This document shows positions 1-7,289 of a DNA stretch of 32,000 bases, piece after piece. The stretch is taken from assembly GCF_020969955.1 (NCBI RefSeq), contig NZ_JAHDSX010000009.1, positions 34,682 through 66,681 on the forward strand. Reading direction: 5' to 3'. Position 1 is the stretch's first letter; each line of letters opens with the position of its first letter. Below the pieces are notes generated by a model. The model saw only the letters and a list, made by a program, of their open reading frames with translations. It had not been told where the DNA came from and did no database searches. This DNA is from Allobaculum fili (GTDB lineage: Bacteria; Bacillota_I; Bacilli_A; Erysipelotrichales; Erysipelotrichaceae). The position numbers and the translations under genes are program-made.

Positions 1-1116
1 GGCAAGCAGGCGGCGCTGCTGGCGCCGACGGAACTGCTTGCCCGCCAGCATCTGTCCACCCTGCAGTCGATGGGCATTGAAGCCGGACTGTACTGCGGCT
101 CTCTGAAAGTCCGGGAAAAGAAAAAGATTCTCAAGGATCTGAAAGACGGGAAAATTTCCGTCGTGGTCGGCACGCACGCGCTCTTTCAGGAAGGGGTCGA
201 ATTTGAATCCCTGGGTCTTGTCATTGCGGATGAGCAGCATCGCTTCGGCGTCCGGCAGCGCCGGGCTCTTATCGAAAAAGGCGTCGAAGCCGACGTGCTT
301 CTGTTAAGCGCGACGCCGATTCCGCGTACCGCGGCCCACTTTTTGTACGGCGATATCGATCTTTCGACAATTAAGACCAAGCCGCCCGGCCGCAAGCCGG
401 TGCTCACACGCGCCTTTTACAGTTCATCCATGAAACCGGTACTTGGCCGTATTCTGGAAGGCATCGAAAAGGAAGGCCGGCAGGTTTACGTGGTGACGCC
501 GGCTGTCGAAGACTGCGAAGAAATGGATCTGCACAGCGCAGAGTCGATTTACGAAGGCATGTCTTCGGTTCTGAAAGACCGCTGCACGATCGGTCTGCTT
601 CATGGAAAGATGAAAGCCGAACAGAAAGAAGGCGTCATGGCTGCCTTTGCGGCTGGCGAAATTCAGATTCTTGTCTCCACGACAGTTATTGAAGTCGGCA
701 TCGACGTGTCCAACGCGACGATGATGGTCATTTACGATGCGCATCGCTTCGGCCTTTCCACTTTGCATCAGCTGCGCGGCCGCTGCGCGAGAGGCACGCT
801 GCAGGGGGAATGTTATCTGCTGAGTTCGTCCAAAACGCCGCAGGCCAGAGAACGGCTTTCCGCTCTGGAGCGCATCGATGACGGGTTCGAACTGGCCAGA
901 CTCGATCTGCAGCTGCGCGGTCCGGGCGACTTGTTAGGAACCCGCCAGTCGGGACTGCCGGCGTTCATTCTGGGCGATGCCAGCACGGATCTGAAAATGA
1001 TGGAAATCTGCGCGCGCGACGCGCAGGAAATTCTTGATCATCCTGAAGATATGCAAAATCACAACATGCTTCGCGCGATCGAAAAAGCCAACGCGAAAAG
1101 CGCCTATCTCGACTGA
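1..1116 (+). CDS. recG: ATP-dependent DNA helicase RecG, C-terminal part (5' end lies outside the window)
   Basis: Frame 1 is open from base 1 (GKQAALLAPTELLARQH...) and continuous with the ORF listed from 70. Helicase motifs DEQHRFGV, SATPIPRT and QLRGRCARG are present, plus the RecG-type tail LRGPGDLLGTRQSGLP. Confidence 0.9.
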   Translation, partial: GKQAALLAPTELLARQHLSTLQSMGIEAGLYCGSLKVREKKKILKDLKDGKISVVVGTHALFQEGVEFESLGLVIADEQHRFGVRQRRALIEKGVEADVLLLSATPIPRTAAHFLYGDIDLSTIKTKPPGRKPVLTRAFYSSSMKPVLGRILEGIEKEGRQVYVVTPAVEDCEEMDLHSAESIYEGMSSVLKDRCTIGLLHGKMKAEQKEGVMAAFAAGEIQILVSTTVIEVGIDVSNATMMVIYDAHRFGLSTLHQLRGRCARGTLQGECYLLSSSKTPQARERLSALERIDDGFELARLDLQLRGPGDLLGTRQSGLPAFILGDASTDLKMMEICARDAQEILDHPEDMQNHNMLRAIEKANAKSAYLD

Positions 1117-1143
1117 TCCAGACAAGACCGCTTCAAGCCAGAC

Positions 1144-1216
1144 AAAAAGGTGCCGTGATCCAGCGCCTTTCCTGCAAGGCAGGAAAGCCGGATCGCGGCA
1201 CCTTTTCTGATTTTTC
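1144..1216. terminator. Bidirectional rho-independent terminator between convergent recG and the HIT gene
   Basis: Long hairpin with inner perfect stem CTTTCCTGC-AAG-GCAGGAAAG and outer arms AAGGTGCCGTGATCC / GGATCGCGGCACCTT (one mismatch). It is flanked by an A-run on the left and TTTTCTGATTTTT on the right, so a U-run follows on either strand. Confidence 0.6.
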
Positions 1217-1288
1217 AATAAAGCGAGACTTCAAAATAAGTGAAGTCAAAATAAAGTCTGTAAGCGAAGTCTGGACTGCAGGCGAACC

Positions 1289-1696
1289 TTAAAAGGAAAG
1301 CTTTTCGACGAGTGCTTCAAAATCCGGCTTTTCCAGTTCGCCCTGCGAAATGGACAGAACGTCCTTTTCGGGGCTGCCGGCATAGCGCGGAACGACATGC
1401 ACGTGGAAATGGTCGATCGTCTGACCGGCGGCTTCGCGGCAGTTGGCGAAAATGTTGACGCCGTCGGCACCGAGAACTTCGATCTGACGGTTGCCGACCT
1501 GACGGGCAACGGAAAAGACTTTGGCGAGCAGCGCATCGTCGGCTTCGAGAAGCGAGGGCACATGCGTTTTGGGGATGACGAGGGCGTGGCCGAGAGCAGC
1601 CGGATTGATGTCAAGAATCACGCGGACATCTTCATCCTCATATAAAGTAGAAGAGGGGATCTCTCCTTGAGAAATGGAACAGAACAGGCAATCCAT
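1289..1696 (-). CDS. HIT (histidine triad) family nucleotide hydrolase
   Basis: 135 aa. N-terminus MDCLFCSISQGEIPS and histidine triad HFHVHVVPR. AAAGGAG lies upstream, though with long (13 nt) spacing. Confidence 0.9.
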   Translation of the reverse strand: MDCLFCSISQGEIPSSTLYEDEDVRVILDINPAALGHALVIPKTHVPSLLEADDALLAKVFSVARQVGNRQIEVLGADGVNIFANCREAAGQTIDHFHVHVVPRYAGSPEKDVLSISQGELEKPDFEALVEKLSF

Positions 1697-1863
1697 AAAC
1701 GAGACAAAGCTCCTTTCCTGACCGCGAAAACGTGCGGCATATCACTGAACAAGTGAAAAGCCAGGCTAAGGGGAGGCCTGACTCTTCATAAGGGGACTAA
1801 CTGTATGAATATCGCGGATATTCGATACATAACGACAAAGCCGTGGGCAGCTCTGCCGTTCAA

Positions 1864-1890
1864 ATTGTAGCACATTGGCCCACTGTTCAA
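1864..1890 (-). promoter_or_regulatory. Candidate promoter for the HIT gene (extended -10)
   Basis: Minus strand reads TTGAAC-N15-TGcTACAAT. The -10 and TG extension are good, but the spacer to the TTGAAC is short. Confidence 0.35.
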
Positions 1891-2138
1891 ACCAGAAATG
1901 TATGATTCCCCCATCACAAACGGTTCAGAAACCGTGTTTTGCCCGCCGCGGTGGGGGCCAAAGCCCTCGGGAAATCCGTTTCCCACACAGCAAATCCCAT
2001 AAAATATGAATGTAGTACAGAAAGGAAACCGTTTCGTGAAAAATGAGGATCCTGCCTGGAGAACGGGCTCATCCCGGGAGTATGGGATGCAGTTCCTGTA
2101 CGATGGGTAAGCGGTTTTTCGTGTGTACGGCTGTATTT

Positions 2139-2167
2139 TTGCCGGATGGCGGAACGGTTGCTATAAT
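2139..2167 (+). promoter_or_regulatory. Candidate sigma-70/SigA-type promoter for the murF-ddl-alr genes
   Basis: TTGCCG (2139-2144), exactly 17 nt spacer, TATAAT (2162-2167). This lies about 20 nt upstream of the GAGGA RBS and ATG 2188. Confidence 0.5.
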
Positions 2168-2187
2168 TTCAGACGAGGATTTTTACC

Positions 2188-4593
2188 ATGATCAATATGA
2201 CATTTTCCCAGGCTGCCTCGCTTTGCGGCGGCCGTTTATTCCATACAGACGGGACAGCTTCCTTCACCGGCGCCGCATCGGATTCGCGTGCCGTAAAGGA
2301 AGGCATGCTTTTTGTGCCGCTGATCGGCGCCCGCAGCGACGGCCACGCGTTTGCCAAAGACGTGAAAAAGGCCGGCGCAGCCGGAATGCTGTGGAAAAAA
2401 GGCCATCCTGGAAAGCCCGAAGATCTGCCGCTCATTGAGGTGGATGATGTCGTCGAAGCCTTTGGAAAAATTGCCCGCGGCTGGCTGATGGAAGTCGATC
2501 CGATGGTGGTCGGCGTAACCGGAAGCAACGGAAAAACTTCGACCAAGGATTTCTGCGCCTCCCTTTTTGGAACGACGAAGAAAACATGGAAAACGCAGGG
2601 CAACCGCAATACGGAAATCGGTCTGCCGCTGACGATCTGTGAAATGCCGATCGATACGGAAGTGCTGATTCTGGAAATGGGCATGGAAAACAAAGGCGAA
2701 ATCGCCTATTTGTGCACCATCGCGCCGCTCGATATCGCAATTATCGCGTCCATTGGTTCGGCCCATATGGAAAATCTGGGCTCCATTGAAAACATCGCCG
2801 CGGCCAAATGCGAAATCCTGAGTTCGCTCAAACCGTTTGGTACGCTGGTCTATAACGCCGCTTCGCCTGAACTCGTTAAAGTCCTCGCTGATCAGCCGCT
2901 CGATCCGACCTGGCAGCTGGTCGCCTTTGGAGAGGGCACAGACTTTGCGCCTGAAAATCTGCAGATGACCCGGCACGGCTTTTCCTTTACGCTGCCAAGC
3001 CTTGGCAGCGATACCTATGTCGTTCGCTGTGCCAATCCGGTTCAGGCGGACAACGCGACAGCCGCCCTTCTGGCGGCAAGAGCCGGCGAGATTCGAAAGG
3101 ATCTCTGGTCCAAGGCTATTGAAGAAACTGAGCTGACGCCTATGCGCGGACAGATTCGTCCGTTCGGACAGGCTTCGCTCTTTGACGATACGTATAAATC
3201 CAACCCGGAATCCGCAAGAGCCGCGCTCGATGCGCTGATGCAGATTCCCGCCAAAGTCCACGTCGCCGTACTGAGCGACATGCTCGATCTGGGCAGTACG
3301 GAGCAGGAACTCCACCGCCAGATCGGCGAATACGCAAGCCAGCTGGGCGTGGACCGGCTTTACACCTGGGGTCCGCTTTCCAAAGCCGTACACGACGGCT
3401 TTGACGGATACAAGGTTCATTTTGAAAACAAGATCGACATGATCCGGGCCGTTCGCAAACTGGATCAGCTTGATGCGGCCATTCTGGTCAAAGGCAGCCG
3501 AAGCATGCACATGGAAGATGTAATTCAGGGCTGTCTGGAAGGAGAAAACATGAAAAAGATTCGTCTTGGCATTCTTTTTGGAGGACAGAGCAGTGAGTAC
3601 TCCGTTTCTCTTCATTCCGCGGCTTCCTTTTTGCGCTCTCTGAATACAGAACGTTATGAAACGACGCTGATCGGCATTTCCCGCGACGGAAAGTTTTATC
3701 GCTACCTGGGCGACGCGTCCGCCATCGAACACGATGAATGGATGGCGCAGGCCCGTCCAATCGCCTGGGTAAACAAAGGCATTTATGACTTTGAGACGAA
3801 GGAGACGATCGATCTCGATGTCTGCTTCCCGGTTCTCCACGGCAAAAATGGAGAAGACGGCGCCATCGCCGGCATGCTGCAGATGTTTGATCTGCCCTGC
3901 GTCGGCTGCGACATTCTGGGCGCTGCCATCTGCATGGACAAGGAAGTCATGCACCGCCTGTGCGATCAGGCCGGCATTCCGGCTGCAGAATACATCTGCA
4001 TTAACGAACGCGATCCGCTGCCTTCCTTTGACGAAGTGCGTGCACAGATCGAACTGCCGTGGATCATTAAGCCGTGCAACGCCGGCAGCTCCTATGGCGT
4101 AGCGTTCGTGGAAAACGAAGACCAGTACGAAAAGGCAGTAAAAGACGCCTTCAAATACGACGGCCGCGGCAAGATTCTCGTGGAAAAAGCCATTCAGGGC
4201 TTTGAAATCGGCTGCGCGGTCATGGGCGATCAGACGCTGTTCGCCGGCGAGATCGATGAAATCGAAATGAAGAGCAAAGTCTTCGATTTCGAAGGCAAGT
4301 ACGCTATGAAAGATTCCGCCATTTACTGCCCGGCCCGCATTTCGCACGAAAAAGCCGAACAGGCCAGAGAGCTTGCGAAAAAAGTGTTCCGTACCCTGTG
4401 CTGCCGCGATATGGCGCGCGTGGATATGTTTATTGAAGACACGGGCCGCATTCTGCTCAATGAAGTCAACACCATTCCTGGATTCACCGATACCAGCCGC
4501 TATCCGACCATGATGGCCAAAGCCGGACGTCCTTTCACTCAGCTGATCGATGAACTTGTCGATCTGGCGATGGTAAAGAAGCGCGAGGCATAA
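2188..4593 (+). CDS. murF/ddl: Fused UDP-MurNAc-tripeptide--D-alanyl-D-alanine ligase (MurF, aa 1-454) / D-alanine--D-alanine ligase (Ddl, aa 455-801)
   Basis: Single 801-aa ORF. The N-half has the Mur ligase P-loop GVTGSNGKTSTKD and the MurF-type end ILVKGSRSMHMEDV. The C-half starts MKKIRLGILFGGQSSEYSVSL and carries ATP-grasp Ddl motifs FPVLHGKNGEDG, KPCNAGSSYGV, EIGCAVMG, ARVDMF and NEVNTIPGFT. Confidence 0.9.
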   Translation: MINMTFSQAASLCGGRLFHTDGTASFTGAASDSRAVKEGMLFVPLIGARSDGHAFAKDVKKAGAAGMLWKKGHPGKPEDLPLIEVDDVVEAFGKIARGWLMEVDPMVVGVTGSNGKTSTKDFCASLFGTTKKTWKTQGNRNTEIGLPLTICEMPIDTEVLILEMGMENKGEIAYLCTIAPLDIAIIASIGSAHMENLGSIENIAAAKCEILSSLKPFGTLVYNAASPELVKVLADQPLDPTWQLVAFGEGTDFAPENLQMTRHGFSFTLPSLGSDTYVVRCANPVQADNATAALLAARAGEIRKDLWSKAIEETELTPMRGQIRPFGQASLFDDTYKSNPESARAALDALMQIPAKVHVAVLSDMLDLGSTEQELHRQIGEYASQLGVDRLYTWGPLSKAVHDGFDGYKVHFENKIDMIRAVRKLDQLDAAILVKGSRSMHMEDVIQGCLEGENMKKIRLGILFGGQSSEYSVSLHSAASFLRSLNTERYETTLIGISRDGKFYRYLGDASAIEHDEWMAQARPIAWVNKGIYDFETKETIDLDVCFPVLHGKNGEDGAIAGMLQMFDLPCVGCDILGAAICMDKEVMHRLCDQAGIPAAEYICINERDPLPSFDEVRAQIELPWIIKPCNAGSSYGVAFVENEDQYEKAVKDAFKYDGRGKILVEKAIQGFEIGCAVMGDQTLFAGEIDEIEMKSKVFDFEGKYAMKDSAIYCPARISHEKAEQARELAKKVFRTLCCRDMARVDMFIEDTGRILLNEVNTIPGFTDTSRYPTMMAKAGRPFTQLIDELVDLAMVKKREA

Positions 4594-4598
4594 GGGGC

Positions 4599-5909
4599 AT
4601 GAACGAATTCAACCAGACTCTGAATCCAAACGCGGAAACTGCCGCTGCCGATGTACAAGGAAATCCGGAAAACGAAACGCCGGCGTTTGAAGATGCGCGC
4701 GCGATCGCCTATGTGAACCATTTTGACTCGCAGGCGTATACAGACATGATCGCGCCGCTGCGCACCTGGGCGGAAATCCGTCTCGATCAGATTGGTCATA
4801 ACATGGAAGAAGTCCGCCGTCTGTGCGGCAAGACCGACATCATCGGCATTCTCAAAGCCGACGCCTATGGCCATGGCGCCGTTGCCTGCGGTAAGGCGCT
4901 CCAGCGAGCGGGCGTGGAGTTTTTCGCCGTCGCCTGCATTGACGAAGCCATTGAACTGCGCAAAGCCGGCATCAGCGATCCAATCCTGATTCTTGGCTAT
5001 ACGCCCAATTCCCGCTTTGACGAACTGATCGAATACGATCTGATTCAGTCCGCGCTCTCCAAGGATTTCGCGCACGCGCTTTCCGACTACGGACAGGCGT
5101 ACGGCACGAAAATGCGCGTACACGTCAAAGCCGATACGGGCATGAACCGCACCGGCCTGCTTTACGAAGCCAATGCCCGGCACTTTAACGACTTCGTAGA
5201 AGTCTTTGAACTACCCGGTCTGCAGATTGAAGGCATTTTCTCGCATTTTCCCGTCAGCGATGATCTCGCCTTCGACAGCCGCGAGTTTACCCGTTCGCAG
5301 ATGAAGCTGTTTGACGAACTGATTTTCCGCCTGCAGGAAAAAGGGTACGATACCGGCGCCAGGCACATTCAGAACTCCTATGGCATTCTCAACTACATGG
5401 ATGCCGGCTACGACTACTGCCGCCCGGGTCTGCTGTACATGGGCATAACCAGCGATGACGAAGTGCCGATCGCTTCGCAGCCGGACTTTGTTCCGATTCT
5501 TTCGCTGAAGACGAAAGTGTCCATGGTCAAGACGATCCCGGATCAGGCGACCGTTTCCTACGGCCGTCACTACACGGCGCACGGGCCGCGTCAGATCGCG
5601 TCGCTGGCCATCGGCTACGCGGACGGTCTGTCGAGAGCCTGTTCGAACAAGGGCCTGATGGTGTCCATTCGCGGGCATCTCGTTCCGATTGTCGGCAACA
5701 TCTGCATGGACCAGTGCATGGTCGATATCACCGGATTTGACGACATCGAAGCCGGCGATACAGCGGTACTGATCGGCCAGGACGGGGATAACGTGCTCAA
5801 GGTCGATGAAATCAGCCGCAAGGCCGGAACGATCAACAACGAAACGCTTTCCATTCTGACCCGCCGCGTCAATCGCATCTACTTCGACGAAGACGGAAAC
5901 CTCGCGTAA
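4599..5909 (+). CDS. alr: Alanine racemase (PLP-dependent)
   Basis: PLP-lysine motif GILKADAYGHGA, a typical N-terminal WAEIRLDQIGHN and C-terminal GNICMDQCMVD. The first 49 aa have no racemase counterpart, so the alternative start ATG 4746 (MIAPLRTWAEI) is possible. Confidence 0.9.
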   Translation: MNEFNQTLNPNAETAAADVQGNPENETPAFEDARAIAYVNHFDSQAYTDMIAPLRTWAEIRLDQIGHNMEEVRRLCGKTDIIGILKADAYGHGAVACGKALQRAGVEFFAVACIDEAIELRKAGISDPILILGYTPNSRFDELIEYDLIQSALSKDFAHALSDYGQAYGTKMRVHVKADTGMNRTGLLYEANARHFNDFVEVFELPGLQIEGIFSHFPVSDDLAFDSREFTRSQMKLFDELIFRLQEKGYDTGARHIQNSYGILNYMDAGYDYCRPGLLYMGITSDDEVPIASQPDFVPILSLKTKVSMVKTIPDQATVSYGRHYTAHGPRQIASLAIGYADGLSRACSNKGLMVSIRGHLVPIVGNICMDQCMVDITGFDDIEAGDTAVLIGQDGDNVLKVDEISRKAGTINNETLSILTRRVNRIYFDEDGNLA

Positions 5910-5921
5910 AAAGTTAAAAAG

Positions 5922-6037
5922 AATGGAATGGAATCCAGAAGACGGGATGGACCAGAACAAATGGAATCCAGCCTGAAGCGCAGATGGATTCCAGACTGCA
6001 CGAAAGAATACTGTATTGAATCCAGACAACAGACCGC
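5922..6037. repeat. Cluster of five irregularly spaced ATGGA(A/T)TCCAG(A)-like words in the alr 3' region
   Basis: Copies start at 5928, 5947, 5961, 5984 and 6015. The last copy (ATCCAGACAACAGACCGC, 6020-6037) runs into the terminator stem. Confidence 0.5.
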
Positions 6038-6087
6038 CGCTGCGGAAAACGATTCGGTTTCCCGCTTGCGGCGGCTTTTGTGCTTTG
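6034..6087 (+). terminator. Rho-independent terminator after alr
   Basis: CCGCCGC..GCGG..AAAC loop GTTT..CCGC..GCGGCGG hairpin (7-bp perfect outer stem) followed by CTTTTGTGCTTTG. Confidence 0.55.
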
Positions 6088-6260
6088 ATTCGCTTTTCTG
6101 CTAAACTGTAAACGGTTTTGGCTTCTTTTTTGCCAGACTGAAAACTCTACGTGAAAAACGCGTCGCTTTTCGGACGCGATTACATCCCAATACACACCTA
6201 TACAGCCGCAGCCTGCCGATTTGACGCCAGGACTTCCGGCTTTGAAAGGAGAGGTCTGTC

Positions 6261-7286
6261 TTGAAATCAAAATGCGAATATCCGGCGATTGATATCGCAA
6301 AATATATTGGCGCTCTGCTGGTGGTCGCTATTCATACGTTCCCGTTTGCGGACATCTCAGAGTCTTTCAACCTGTTTTTTATCGCCACGATCTGCCGCCT
6401 GGCAGTCCCGATGTTTTTTGTCTGCAGCAGCTTTTTTCTCTTTCAGAAAATCGATCGTACCCCCGGTCATGAAGGGCAGAACCGTCAGGCGCTGATGCAT
6501 ACGCTCAAGCGTCTGGGCATTCTCTATCTCATCTGGACGGTCATTTATTTGCCGTATACGATCTGGAACTACGCGTCCGTCGGCTTTTCCTTCTCGGCCC
6601 TGCTTGGCTGGATCCGAGACTTCTTTTTAAACGGTTCCTATTATCATCTGTGGTTTTTGCCGGCGCTGATGCTTGGACTGGCCATTGTGTACTGGCTCTA
6701 CACGCGCAAGGGCATGCGGGATACGCTCATGATCTGTCTGGCGCTCTATCTGTTTGGCTGGCTGGTCAACTGCTTTGGCCCCATGTGGGAAGGCCTGCCG
6801 GTTGTCTCGGTCATTTATGGATTTATCCTGAAGCTTCTCGGTACGGTACGCGATGGTATCTTCTTTGCGCCGATCTTTGTCCTGATCGGACTGGGCGCTT
6901 CGAAGCTGCGCCGCATGCGGCTGCAGGCGAGTGCGACAGGCTTTGCGATCTCGTTTGTATGCCTGATACTGGAAGTAACCCTCTATGCCTGGATGGGCGT
7001 TCTGACAGATAAAAGCTGCATGTACCTGACGCTGGTACCGGCGATGTATTTTCTGATGCAGATGCTCATCGGCTATCGCCTTCCGTCCAAGCCGGTGTAT
7101 AAGACGATGCGCAAGGAAGCGACCGGCATTTACGTCAGCCACATTCTGTTTGCCCGCATTCTTCTGCTGCTGATGCCCAATGTGCATCTGGCGGTTTACC
7201 TGGGCACGCTGGCCTGCTCGCAGGGTCTGGCGACGCTGATCGTAAGAGGACAGAAAAAGGCAGAGTGGCTGAAATGGCTGGTTTAA
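6261..7286 (+). CDS. Acyltransferase-3 (AT3) family integral membrane protein
   Basis: TTG start 6 nt after AAAGGAGAGG. About ten hydrophobic segments by eye. The N-terminal signature KYIGALLVVAIHTFPF...RLAVPMFFVCSSFFLF is typical of AT3 proteins (OatA N-domain, VanT N-domain). Confidence 0.7.
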   Translation: MKSKCEYPAIDIAKYIGALLVVAIHTFPFADISESFNLFFIATICRLAVPMFFVCSSFFLFQKIDRTPGHEGQNRQALMHTLKRLGILYLIWTVIYLPYTIWNYASVGFSFSALLGWIRDFFLNGSYYHLWFLPALMLGLAIVYWLYTRKGMRDTLMICLALYLFGWLVNCFGPMWEGLPVVSVIYGFILKLLGTVRDGIFFAPIFVLIGLGASKLRRMRLQASATGFAISFVCLILEVTLYAWMGVLTDKSCMYLTLVPAMYFLMQMLIGYRLPSKPVYKTMRKEATGIYVSHILFARILLLLMPNVHLAVYLGTLACSQGLATLIVRGQKKAEWLKWLV

Positions 7287-7289
7287 ATT

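Noticed and set aside
1805-1870. 21-codon ORF MNIADIRYITTKPWAALPFKL, preceded by AAGGGGA at 8-nt spacing, in the HIT/murF divergent region.
   Set aside because: It rests on a single weak SD, with nothing to indicate conservation. It overlaps the candidate HIT promoter on the other strand, so there is not enough support to call it.
2236-4347. 703-aa ORF antisense to murF-ddl. Similar long antisense or out-of-frame ORFs occur at 6627-7865 (-), 11012-12061 (-), 15806-16630 (-), 24984-26279 (+), 27244-27903 (+), 27890-28582 (+) and 28622-29209 (+).
   Set aside because: Each lies opposite to or overlapping a gene with unmistakable family motifs. Their translations are Arg/Gly/Ala-rich and low in complexity with no motifs or RBS. 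These are typical shadow ORFs of GC-rich coding DNA.
5923-5976. 17-codon ORF MEWNPEDGMDQNKWNPA spanning the ATGGAATCCAG repeats (WNP repeats).
   Set aside because: There is no SD or other translation signal. The peptide periodicity simply mirrors the DNA repeat.
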